A program made the translations under genes and the position numbers. 50,914 nt of DNA from a virus (Duplodnaviria; Caudoviricetes), in the IMG/VR virus record IMGVR_UViG_3300046167_000433, positions 1-50,914 of that record. One strand, written 5' to 3'. The notes under the pieces are model-generated. The model was not told the DNA's origin. It ran no database searches and was given only the letters and a program-made list of their open reading frames with translations. This document shows, piece by piece, positions 29,201 to 37,616 of this stretch; within the stretch, counting starts at the first letter, position 1, and every line of letters begins with the position of its first letter.

Positions 29201-32200
29201 CTATTCGGGATAACCCGACACTTGCGACTGGAGAGAATGATGCGAGAGTTCAAGATACCAACGTCGGAGTACAGCCCGAAGGTACAGGAGTACAGGGAGA
29301 AGTTCGGCCATCCACCGTCAGCGGAAGCGCTGAAGTGGAAGCGGACGGAGGATCTGGAGAAGCTGGCCTCGATGGCGCTCAAGCGGGGCAAGCCAATCAG
29401 GGAGTGGGCGGAGAGACCCAACAAGAAGCTGGGGACGGTGACGGATCTACTCTACTCCAAGAGCGAGTAGACGAAACCCCAGAACAGGGGAGCTTGTTTG
29501 CAAGACGCTTAAATAAAAAGCCTTCAAAGCAAGAGCAGTCTCGCCGAGACTTTATTAAGAAGATGGCTACAGTCGCTGTCGTCTCTGGATCGGGTGTAAA
29601 AGGAACGTCTTACTATACTGAGATCGCCTCAAATCCAGATCTAGTTCGCGGCAAGGCTAAGCCAATCTCTAGCTTCGTACAGCGCTCACTCCCTGAAGAG
29701 TCTGTATCTGCGTTCGCGTTTGGAGATCTGCCTAAAGCCATAGACATAGCGGTCGAAGGAGCGCCGCAGGACGTAATTGCGCTCGCGGAAAAAATCAAGG
29801 CAACCCTGCCAAGCCAAGATCTGTATGACACAGACGTACAGCGCGGGTTGTGGAATGTCGCAGGCATGGTCAGCATGGAAGACAAGCCGACCATATCAAT
29901 AATGCCAGATACGAAAGACTCTGGAATGACCGCAACCTTGCTTCATGAGGCGATGCACCTCGGAATTGCGGCTAGATATAGATCATTAAGCACTGCCGTC
30001 TCATCTAGAAATTATGAGCTACTGGGCATGGATCAGCCTAAAGCAAGAGAGGCTTTAGATCAGTGGTATAGCTTGTGGGGCGAGTTTAGAAGAGCGGCCA
30101 ACCCAAATCTTCAAAATTCAAATGTTAAAAACCTTCCTCCTGAAACTCGTATTGCGTATGGAAAGCCAGACGAGTTTTTTGTCAGGGCTTTAACTCAACC
30201 AGAATTTCAGCAACAGCTCCATGATTTAAATTACGAAGGTAAAACATTTCTTTCTAAATTTAAGGACTGGGTAAAGAAGTATCTGTTTGGCCCTGATACT
30301 GGTGTACAGCCAACATATCTCGATGCGGCACTAACGGCGGCGAATGATTTGCTCGATGCGTCCATGCTAGATAGCCCAGATTTCACGTTCATGAAGAACG
30401 TCAATATTAACCTTGCGGAAGAGAGAGGCGGCACACAAGACGAATCCGCAAATCCTCCTACCCTGTTTGTTAGGCGTCTTCTTAAAGGACTGTCAGATCA
30501 AGAAAGTCAGGCAGAGGCATCGACCCTCTTATCTGGAGAAGAGTCCCTACAAGTAGAGGTCACCGGAAAAAATAATCGGCGCACAGTAACCGACGTTTCT
30601 CGGGCGCTGGACACGAGAACTTTACAAATTTTCGGTAGAACTCTCGCTGATCGAACAGACGAGAATGCTGAGATAGTATCAAATATTATGGCGGCAGAGG
30701 CAGAGTACGCTCTGTCTAGAGACGGCAATGCTGGGGAGTGGTATCAGCAGAAAGTCGCTAACGCAATGATGATTGCAGAAGAGGTATTTCCAGACCTCAA
30801 GGACAGCCCCAATCAGCAGGCTATGTTTAAAGCCGCTCTTGCGATCACATCTAACGGTTCGTCTGTAGATGAAAACTCAGCCAACACAATCAATAAAGTT
30901 TTCGGAAAGTATATAGAAACCGGAAAGTTTCCGATTGTTGGGTATGGCAAAGAATCTCCAACCATGAAAAAGAGCTTCAAGCTCCTTAACGTCATGATTG
31001 AGGAGATGGGGCTGGACAATGTAAGAGAGTTTCTTTCTAACGACTTTACTGTGCGTGAACTTAAAGCGGCTGGCTTTTCGGTAAACGGAGAGGGTGTCGA
31101 TACGGTTGTAAAGGGAAGCGCCATACTCGGCCCAAAGATCGGACAGGGGTTTTATCAAAACCTTCAGGCTAACTACAACACCCTGACAATGGATCTTTGG
31201 TACATGCGCACTTGGGGCCGTATAAACGGCAACCTGATGTCGGACTCTGACAGAAAGTTTCCTGAATCTCTGCAAAAGTTTCGTGAAGCAGTCTTGGAAA
31301 ACGAGAAAGCCAGACTCCGAAAAGAAGGCATAAATGTTTCTGACTTCAAAAAAGATGACGAGGTCGCTACTGACCTTGCCGTAAAAATGAACGGTGAATT
31401 TGCTCGCGGCAACTACAAGAACAAGACCCCAGCAAACAATGCGGCGAGAAACCTAAAGAACGCTACAAAGGCACAAGAAACTCCTCGCGGATCTCGTGAA
31501 CGAGAGTACATGCGCAAGGTAACTAGAATGGCGGTGGACAAGCTCAATGCGGCCACCGGAGAGAACATAAACACAGCGGCATTTCAGGCTTTGATCTGGT
31601 ATCCTGAGAAGGATCTTTATAACAAGCTGGGAACCCCGAACAAGAAATCGGAGCCAACAGATTATGAAACAGAATTCGCAAAAATCGCCAAAGAAAGAGG
31701 CGTCAGTGAACAGGCAATATCGCGAATCCTCGGACTGGAGCAACAGTCCGGAGCAGGAGGAGTTCAACAAGACTCTCGAAGCGATGCCGGAATCGAAGAT
31801 GCGCCTAGCGGCACAGAGCCTCAGCAAGCTGATGAAGAGCAAGGGTTAACAGAAGCTACTGGAGTCGCTGGAGAAGGGCAACAGCTAGACTCCAATGCAC
31901 CAACATCATTCGTAAAGAGACTTTCCGGCCAGACAAAATCATACGACGACGCTCGCAATGATGGGACGCTGATGGATGGGAAGCCGTCTACCAGCGAGTT
32001 CAATCTGGATGACGAGACCCGAACCGAAGCGGTCATTCGGAAACTTCAAGACAAGTACCTACCCCTTAAAAAGTTTGAGGAGAAATCCGCAGAGTTCTTG
32101 GGGCTGAAGGAGCTACCAGAAAGATTCCGAACCTATATCGGCGAGACACTGCACTCAGGAAAGGTCAAGGACGACAACGACCGTCTTGAGCAGAATTACA

Positions 32201-34731
32201 TAAGGCCGATTGGCACAATACTGCGAGAAAACAGCATCGACGTAGATGACTTTGGCATCTATCTAATCGCTAAACACGCGCCAGAAAGAAACAGTTACAT
32301 CGCAAGCATTAACCCCGCGATACAGGAGGCGGGATCCGGCATGTCTAATGCAGACGCTGAGCGGGTTATAGCTACGTTTGAATCAGACGGCACAGCCAAA
32401 GCCATGAATGAGGCGGCTGACCTTACCTACAAGATGCTTGCAGAAAACCGCAAGAGGCTGACTGAGTCGGGTCTCGTTGACGACGATACGGTAGACGGCT
32501 GGAACCAGCAATATAAGTTCTATGTGCCCTTAAAGGGTTTTGCGGCGTCTTTGGATGAAGACAATAATATAGTGGCACCGAAAGGCTTGCCCAGAGGTTT
32601 TAGCATCTCAGGTAAAGAGGTCTTGGCCGCTCTCGGCAGAACCACGCAGTCAGACAACCCCTTACTTTATGCGATGAACGATGTTGAAAACAAAATCGTC
32701 AGAGCCAGAAGAAACGAGGTGGCACAAAGATTCCTCGGCCTTGCTAGGGAGCTAAGCGGTAAGGGCAGTAAACAGCTAACGGTTTATGAAGACCCCGCAT
32801 CATTCCCCATGGACAGAGAAAGATCCGGTAGCCAAGTCCGCGAAAAACGCATGGATGCTTTTGACATGCGGGATGCCGTAAGAAAGGAGGATAACAAGCC
32901 ACGATTCCTATCGGTCAAAGAAGACGGCAAAGAGATCTTTATCGAGATCAAAGATCAGGCTCTCAACAACGCAATGCATAACGTAAGCGCTGAAAACTTT
33001 GACAGCCTTGTCACGTTCCTTGGCCAGAACATGAACTTTCTTCAGAAGTTTCAGATATGGAGACGTAACACGCTCATCAACTACAACCCAAGTTGGTTCC
33101 TGATTAACCCGCTCCGCGATATACAGACTGGCATCATGTACACGATGTCAGAAAGTAGTAAGTCAGGCGGCATGATTGAAGGAGAGGCAATAACTGGCGA
33201 CATCCTCGCCGGATACTTTCCAGCCGCTCGCGCTTACTTCAAGAACCTGCGTGGCGGAAGGGTAGACTCAGAGCTAGACGAGTACTTTGATGAGTATCAG
33301 GCTTCTGGCGCACCGACTGGACTGACGCTGACAAGAGAAATTGATGAGCAGAAAAAGCGGTTAGAAAATATTATTACCGAGGGCAACCTAGTCTCTAACA
33401 TAAGAAAGGTCGGTGACCTTGTGCAGGACTTAAACACGGCCTCTGAGAACACGGTTCGCTTCGCCGCTTACGTTGCGTCAAGGCGCAATGGTGTGGAAGT
33501 AGAGAATGCCGCTAATCTTGCTAAAAATATGACGGTGAACTTTAACCGCAAAGGAGAGATGTCTGCTGGATTAAATGCTTTCTATCTTTTCTTTAATGCG
33601 GCGGTTCAGGGTACGGCAAACATAGCCCAAGCTATGACCGGAAGGACAGAATCTGGAGGACTTAACAAAGCGCAGATGGCGGCTGTAGGGATCGGCCTGA
33701 CCGCTTACATGATTACAGAACATAACATTCTCGGCGCAGAAGAGGACGACGATGGCGAGTCCCTTTACAAAGATCTGACCGGATACGACAAGCTGATGTC
33801 ATGGAACATTGTGCGGCCAGACGGGGAGAGCTTCTTTCAGATCCCCATGCCTTACGGATATGGAATGTTTCACACCATGGGGCGGCTCTCGGCAGAGTTA
33901 GCTCACGGGCTAATAGATGAAAACGACTTTGCGGCAGAGATCACTGCGGCAAGTGTTCATCACTTCCTACCTCCGCCCCTTGGTTTTGTTGGGGCTGTTG
34001 GCACCGAAGATGATTTGATGGACTTTACCTCTCGGGCAGTGATCGATCTTGTCCCAGACATCATTGAGCCATTTGCATCTTTGTCGGCCAACATGAACCA
34101 CTTTGGATCTCCGATTTATCTTGAGCAAAACTCCCTAATGGATTCGGCCCCTGACTCATCCAAGTCAAAGCGATCTACCGAGAAGGTATATAAGGAAACA
34201 GCGCAGTTCCTTAACGAAGTTTTTGGTGGATCTGAGTTCAGAAAGGGCGGCGTGGACTTGTCTCCGGATGCCATCAAGTACGCAACCGAGTTTGCTACCG
34301 GCGGTCTAGGCAGGTTCATCAGCAGGTCTTCTGATGTAGGAATTCTGATGGCCAATGAGATAGAGAAGGATGATCCGTCATTGGGGGAATTTCCAATCCT
34401 AAGATATTTTGTCGGTGAGCCGTCTCAGTTCTCGGACAAGGTTGAGTATTACGAAGGCATTAGAGATCTTCAGGAAGTATTCAATGAAGCGGAGGCCTCG
34501 ACTGGAGATGATCGCAGACAATTCTTAGAGAAGTTTGGGGGCAAGGTCAGACTTGAACCTCTGTACAAGCAGACCCAAAAACAGCTTCGTGCATTACGGC
34601 AGAAGAAGAAGTCCATTGAAAAGATGCAGTCGGATCCGGCAAGAGCCTACGATCAGATTCAAAGAATAGAGGCCCAAATGGATTTGCTGTTTGATCGATT
34701 TAACAAGAAATATCGAGAGGCTAATAAATGA
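26203..34731 (+). CDS. Giant polyvalent ejection protein: two HExxH zincin modules, HhH-like module, C-terminal LPD38-like domain
   Basis: 2842 aa; HEAWH (28867), HEAMH (29944); GPKIGQGFYQNL...TMDLW; AKNMTVNFNRKG...FYLFFNAAVQG. Confidence 0.8.
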   Translation: MRVKYRRGDSRNFQEEQDKSYLSEFTSGFSSGVDTTLGSLGGVRSLFNSITGDEEEAIEYLNYAQRKFQEAGESSGTVTNIEDIDGASDFVRWATYSAGTILPSIATSIAGGGIGGAVAQGVAKKFTKDRIQREVKDAVEDKVSERVKKRILRETLDADTAGYRTLGQAVGTFGASAAQNTGGTFVDIYEETGIEAPDVALAAGVAAGALDSVLPFVALKRIMPDTVFNKFKDGVADKLVKNGGVTRRVLLQGGLSAGAEGITEAGQELIQATAVGMMRNDPMGGYAEYFDEFIKNVNNPDDQLVSRLLNAAAVGAIGGAATGSFTGALNRKENRVDDVRVDREPTTDTVEEDAPDGAETVPDANEVDPETQSILEAARQDQRDARRKAQGFPQSMPDITDRDVDAETDARVGEAQVRQRAAARRAQGLPEQAVDRETTSPEEARNARYETDLNESLRRSLRARKVVNEIIPASIFETGDATPEENALAAKEAEKLTVIPSGPTIELGPDRTMESLERSSVDYQGIEGTLTRREDGVYVVVTPQGDQVVVESGESDAGSTAATLLGVRPKDVEVNTPDSEAQYNADDDTFVARGKTYRYIDTQRNKDGEAVAINAETMNGQPRVFRSKRTVQAVEAERARIQQELMTQDLATGQAQFDDLSDKLQMAVFDQREAQGLDTTIDEVTIEEVQAAIASSPAGIQSALQQETEALFSRTDQTEFDVRQTFDAADQWLSFEGDVVNANQETLESRQDRIDVLAGQPTKPANSDDLITIRAIEGIAEKIADAMRRPTFFNETVDGKQQNVEAKPMDSLGDADTINEIQQSIFDLIEAGLPVDFVSQIQALATHSPAQSQGLGATVSDRMSIESSLVSQSTTDANADRELRYVLAHEAWHVLDNANDISGQLPSFNAEVVFSGEGPKVVLGDAIADLYENYLQKTELGRRFTYPFNEIEQQAGPATNAEDLAEFIRKESFAQLGAVYLSNPKLLKEQAPEAYNVIRTIRDNPTLATGENDARVQDTNVGVQPEGTGVQGEVRPSTVSGSAEVEADGGSGEAGLDGAQAGQANQGVGGETQQEAGDGDGSTLLQERVDETPEQGSLFARRLNKKPSKQEQSRRDFIKKMATVAVVSGSGVKGTSYYTEIASNPDLVRGKAKPISSFVQRSLPEESVSAFAFGDLPKAIDIAVEGAPQDVIALAEKIKATLPSQDLYDTDVQRGLWNVAGMVSMEDKPTISIMPDTKDSGMTATLLHEAMHLGIAARYRSLSTAVSSRNYELLGMDQPKAREALDQWYSLWGEFRRAANPNLQNSNVKNLPPETRIAYGKPDEFFVRALTQPEFQQQLHDLNYEGKTFLSKFKDWVKKYLFGPDTGVQPTYLDAALTAANDLLDASMLDSPDFTFMKNVNINLAEERGGTQDESANPPTLFVRRLLKGLSDQESQAEASTLLSGEESLQVEVTGKNNRRTVTDVSRALDTRTLQIFGRTLADRTDENAEIVSNIMAAEAEYALSRDGNAGEWYQQKVANAMMIAEEVFPDLKDSPNQQAMFKAALAITSNGSSVDENSANTINKVFGKYIETGKFPIVGYGKESPTMKKSFKLLNVMIEEMGLDNVREFLSNDFTVRELKAAGFSVNGEGVDTVVKGSAILGPKIGQGFYQNLQANYNTLTMDLWYMRTWGRINGNLMSDSDRKFPESLQKFREAVLENEKARLRKEGINVSDFKKDDEVATDLAVKMNGEFARGNYKNKTPANNAARNLKNATKAQETPRGSREREYMRKVTRMAVDKLNAATGENINTAAFQALIWYPEKDLYNKLGTPNKKSEPTDYETEFAKIAKERGVSEQAISRILGLEQQSGAGGVQQDSRSDAGIEDAPSGTEPQQADEEQGLTEATGVAGEGQQLDSNAPTSFVKRLSGQTKSYDDARNDGTLMDGKPSTSEFNLDDETRTEAVIRKLQDKYLPLKKFEEKSAEFLGLKELPERFRTYIGETLHSGKVKDDNDRLEQNYIRPIGTILRENSIDVDDFGIYLIAKHAPERNSYIASINPAIQEAGSGMSNADAERVIATFESDGTAKAMNEAADLTYKMLAENRKRLTESGLVDDDTVDGWNQQYKFYVPLKGFAASLDEDNNIVAPKGLPRGFSISGKEVLAALGRTTQSDNPLLYAMNDVENKIVRARRNEVAQRFLGLARELSGKGSKQLTVYEDPASFPMDRERSGSQVREKRMDAFDMRDAVRKEDNKPRFLSVKEDGKEIFIEIKDQALNNAMHNVSAENFDSLVTFLGQNMNFLQKFQIWRRNTLINYNPSWFLINPLRDIQTGIMYTMSESSKSGGMIEGEAITGDILAGYFPAARAYFKNLRGGRVDSELDEYFDEYQASGAPTGLTLTREIDEQKKRLENIITEGNLVSNIRKVGDLVQDLNTASENTVRFAAYVASRRNGVEVENAANLAKNMTVNFNRKGEMSAGLNAFYLFFNAAVQGTANIAQAMTGRTESGGLNKAQMAAVGIGLTAYMITEHNILGAEEDDDGESLYKDLTGYDKLMSWNIVRPDGESFFQIPMPYGYGMFHTMGRLSAELAHGLIDENDFAAEITAASVHHFLPPPLGFVGAVGTEDDLMDFTSRAVIDLVPDIIEPFASLSANMNHFGSPIYLEQNSLMDSAPDSSKSKRSTEKVYKETAQFLNEVFGGSEFRKGGVDLSPDAIKYATEFATGGLGRFISRSSDVGILMANEIEKDDPSLGEFPILRYFVGEPSQFSDKVEYYEGIRDLQEVFNEAEASTGDDRRQFLEKFGGKVRLEPLYKQTQKQLRALRQKKKSIEKMQSDPARAYDQIQRIEAQMDLLFDRFNKKYREANK

Positions 34732-34893
34732 AAAAAGCCAAGCCAAAAAAGAAGGGGCGCTACTCCAAAGAACAAGGCGCTTTACTCGCGGGTCAAGTCA
34801 GAGGCCAAGCGAAAGTTCAAGGTGTGGCCCTCTGCGTATGCCTCTGGTTGGCTGACCAAGGAGTACAAGCGCAGGGGTGGAACCTATGCCTAG
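34728..34893 (+). CDS. DUF5872-like basic protein; apparent +1 frameshift in GGGG 34754-34757
   Basis: Removing one G gives ...ATPKNKALYSRVKSEAKRKFKVWPSAYASGWLTKEYKRRGGTYA*. Confidence 0.7.
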
Positions 34894-35152
34894 CAAGAAG
34901 CCGAAGGGCGGTCTGACCAAGTGGTTCAAGGAAGACTGGGTCGATCTCAAGACAGGCAAGAAGTGTGGGCGTTCGGGCAAGGATAAGAATAAGAGACCAT
35001 ACCCATCCTGCCGACCGAAGAAAGTTGCAGACAAGATGACTGCGGCGGAGAAGGCTAGATCCAAGTCAAAGAAGACTGGGCCAGCCAAGGTGAAGCACGA
35101 CGTTACAGCGTCAGGGAAGCGCAGAAAGACCTCAACTAAAAGGACTAAGTAA
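34886..35152 (+). CDS. Lys-rich basic protein (DUF5872-associated)
   Basis: GGLTKWFKEDWVD...CGRS...YPSCRP. Confidence 0.75.
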   Translation: MPSKKPKGGLTKWFKEDWVDLKTGKKCGRSGKDKNKRPYPSCRPKKVADKMTAAEKARSKSKKTGPAKVKHDVTASGKRRKTSTKRTK

Positions 35153-35256
35153 TGTTTAAGAACTGCTCAACGTGTAAGACAAAGGCGAAGTGCAAGAAGG
35201 CTGGTAAGTGCATGGGGAAGAAGTCGGCCCCCAAGAAGAGGGCCAAGAAGTATTGA
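35152..35256 (+). CDS. 34-aa basic Cys-rich peptide (not in ORF track)
   Basis: TAATG coupling, AGGA RBS; MFKNCSTCKTKAKCKKAGKCMGKKSAPKKRAKKY. Confidence 0.6.
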   Translation: MFKNCSTCKTKAKCKKAGKCMGKKSAPKKRAKKY

Positions 35257-35260
35257 GGAC

Positions 35261-35278
35261 AGGCCGCTTACGCGGCCT
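35261..35278. terminator. Hairpin at the convergence of late and accessory genes
   Basis: AGGCCGC-TTAC-GCGGCCT; no clear U tract. Confidence 0.4.
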
Positions 35279-35534
35279 TGATTCCGCTGTCGGTTAGCTT
35301 GAGGTCGATGCTGTCCTCAATCCAAAACTCGGCGCTATCTCCAAACCCCTCCCGCCGGTAACCGTAGATGTATAAGTCATGCTCATCTCCGGTTACCAGC
35401 GGCATCTCGCTAACGGGATAGTGCCAAACATCACCGCCTTCAGCATAGGTGATTGCGACCTCGGTCTTGTGGGCACACCTCAACTGCTTGGCTATTTGCC
35501 TAACCTGCTTTCGTTGCTCTGTCTTAGTCATCAC
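35268..35534 (-). CDS. Hypothetical protein
   Basis: Coupled to upstream gene, GGAGG RBS. Confidence 0.65.
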   Translation of the reverse strand: MMTKTEQRKQVRQIAKQLRCAHKTEVAITYAEGGDVWHYPVSEMPLVTGDEHDLYIYGYRREGFGDSAEFWIEDSIDLKLTDSGIKAA

Positions 35535-36022
35535 GCGGCCTCCTGCATTGCCGTAGCTCTAGGGTTCACCAGACGGCTTCTGAGGATGCGATAGAGGTCT
35601 CTCCATCCTTCCCCATGGGCCTTGCGGTACTTCGTCTTCAGCCACCGTGTGCGCGGCCCCCAGTGGTGCTGGACGTGGTGCGCCACTTCATGTGCAACGA
35701 CGCATAGCAAACGGTTCTCAACGTCGCCGCAGTCCATCGACCCGATCACTGGATCGCCTGCGAAGGCTTTGTACTCAGACATCTGTGACGTCCCCCTGCG
35801 CAAAGACCAGAGGTCAATGGTGATGCCCTTGGCTCCGCCGTATGATGCTTGCCCGCGATGCTTAACGTGGACGCTACACATGCGCTTCATCTGCGTGTAG
35901 GTGGCTGGGATCTCATGCTCAGCCTTAGCCAGTTCACGCAGGCAGAGGTCTGCCATTTTGCGAACCATCTTGGCTTCAGCCTTGGTCACGTTGTCGCTGT
36001 GCGATAGTTGCTTGCCCCTCAT
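35531..36022 (-). CDS. SprT-like zinc metallopeptidase
   Basis: VVAHEVAHH...HGEGW motif. Confidence 0.7.
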   Translation of the reverse strand: MRGKQLSHSDNVTKAEAKMVRKMADLCLRELAKAEHEIPATYTQMKRMCSVHVKHRGQASYGGAKGITIDLWSLRRGTSQMSEYKAFAGDPVIGSMDCGDVENRLLCVVAHEVAHHVQHHWGPRTRWLKTKYRKAHGEGWRDLYRILRSRLVNPRATAMQEAA

Positions 36023-36249
36023 TTCCAGTTCCTCCCCAGAAACTCACCAAGGTTGATGTCGAGCTTGTCGATCACCGCGTTGAATGCCCACAGGTCTGAG
36101 AGGTAGACGGTCTTGCCTGCCTTGTCAGCCTGCTTGAAGTAGTGGTCATGTATCTTCCGCGCCCACTCTTCCTCGTTCATCAGGTACTTAACCTTGCGAT
36201 GAGTGGGTATCTTGCGGATACGGTTAGGTGTAGTATTGATTCTTGGCAT
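36019..36249 (-). CDS. Hypothetical protein (start MPRINTTP)
   Basis: GGAG RBS before ATG 36249; coupled to the next gene. Confidence 0.6.
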   Translation of the reverse strand: MPRINTTPNRIRKIPTHRKVKYLMNEEEWARKIHDHYFKQADKAGKTVYLSDLWAFNAVIDKLDINLGEFLGRNWK

Positions 36250-36618
36250 AGCGTTTTTCTCCAGATTGTCGCTACTGTCACGCTGGTGGGGGGTCAGTCC
36301 CCCATCGGCACCTTTCACACACGTTGAAGCGCATGTGATGTGAACATCATATCAAATCAATATCCGCCAAATCCCACTTACGTCCCGTAATGCGCCTGAA
36401 ACCCGCATAAACACTAGGCCTCTGCGTCAAAATCAGGGGGGTTGACACCTACATTCGTAGTCTTAAATGGTCATAAAGTTGGCTATTTATGTCCCTGACG
36501 CCCTGTAAGTTGTTGATTTTTATGGGCGCAAAAAAAATCTATAACAACGATTTGAAGTGTTTACATTGGTATTCGGCTGTATAATAGAAGCTGTGATGAA
36601 CGACTCAGGAGAAGGTCT

Positions 36619-36855
36619 ATGAACCTTGATGGAGAAGTTACCTCGCTGTCCGACAGCCCGTGCAATGGGTGGTGTTCGGCAACGATCTTTGGCGACGTAG
36701 CCTGCAAAGGATGCGGTCGCACTCAGGACGAAATCTCTCAGTGGAATGGCATGACTGAGGTTGAGAAGAAGCTGGTCGTTATCGATCTAGCTAAACGCGA
36801 CTTCGCTATCCGCCACGTTTACGAAACCTCACTCAAGCCGAGAAAGCTAGGATGA
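36619..36855 (+). CDS. DUF1289 (YdhL-like, Cys-rich) protein
   Basis: SPCNGWC....GDVACKGCGRT.DEI..W. Confidence 0.8.
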   Translation: MNLDGEVTSLSDSPCNGWCSATIFGDVACKGCGRTQDEISQWNGMTEVEKKLVVIDLAKRDFAIRHVYETSLKPRKLG

Positions 36856-37118
36856 CTGTAGTGCCTATCAAGAATGCCGGAGCAATCGAAGAACTCGATA
36901 GACTAAGAGATCAGTTGTTGTCTGGCGAGGCTACTAAGTTCTATGCGTTCACTGACGCAGAAGATCCTGAAGACGCAGTGGTGTATGGCGGGGACTGGGA
37001 TATGACGGAACTGGTTGCAGTGCTTGGAGCGTTGCAGTCAATGGAGATTAAGTCTGTTCTCGATACGCTGTTTGAGGCGACCGACGAATTTGAGGAAGAG
37101 GACTACCCCGAAGAGTAG
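36852..37118 (+). CDS. Acidic hypothetical protein
   Basis: ATGA coupling; highly acidic. Confidence 0.6.
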   Translation: MTVVPIKNAGAIEELDRLRDQLLSGEATKFYAFTDAEDPEDAVVYGGDWDMTELVAVLGALQSMEIKSVLDTLFEATDEFEEEDYPEE

Positions 37119-37147
37119 TCCCGACCACCACACTCTTGTTACCCAGC

Positions 37148-37474
37148 CTAAAAGATAACCTCAAGATCGTCATTTTCGCTGAGCGTTAAAAGCGAATGCC
37201 AAGCAAACTCATGACCAGTAACAGTGTTGCGCACTCTTAACGGTTGTCTCTGGGGTTGTATCGGGCTTAGCTCGGGCATCCCACACGGGTTCCAAGGTTT
37301 TTCAGCGGACAGCTTTGGCGGCTCTTTGACCTGCGATGCAGGGGGATCTATTGACGGACTGAGGTCTATGTCACCGAACAACAGCCTTCCGTCCTGCCCC
37401 GTAACTGCTCTGGCAGACACAGGGAAAGGGCAGTCATACTCACCGAAGTCTTCTAGCGGATCGTCAAGCCTCAT
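37148..37474 (-). CDS. Hypothetical protein with C-terminal motif shared with 6399..6674
   Basis: Likely start MRLDDP; C-terminal VRNTVTGHEF...DLEVIF. Confidence 0.55.
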   Translation of the reverse strand: MRLDDPLEDFGEYDCPFPVSARAVTGQDGRLLFGDIDLSPSIDPPASQVKEPPKLSAEKPWNPCGMPELSPIQPQRQPLRVRNTVTGHEFAWHSLLTLSENDDLEVIF

Positions 37475-37616
37475 CCCACCACACCTTTTGTTACCCAGTA
37501 GACGACTCCGCAAAGTAGCCTATTTAAATTGGAAGTCCGGCGACAGATTCCAAGCTGATTAAAATTAAAACAAAGCTAAGCTAAGCCTTATTCAGTTAAG
37601 TTCTATGCAGCATGTG

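Noticed and set aside
36395-36530. TAAGTTGTTGATTT-type sequence as integrase arm sites or genome terminus
   Set aside because: About 1.1 kb from the att core and not seen repeated; cannot be supported from sequence alone
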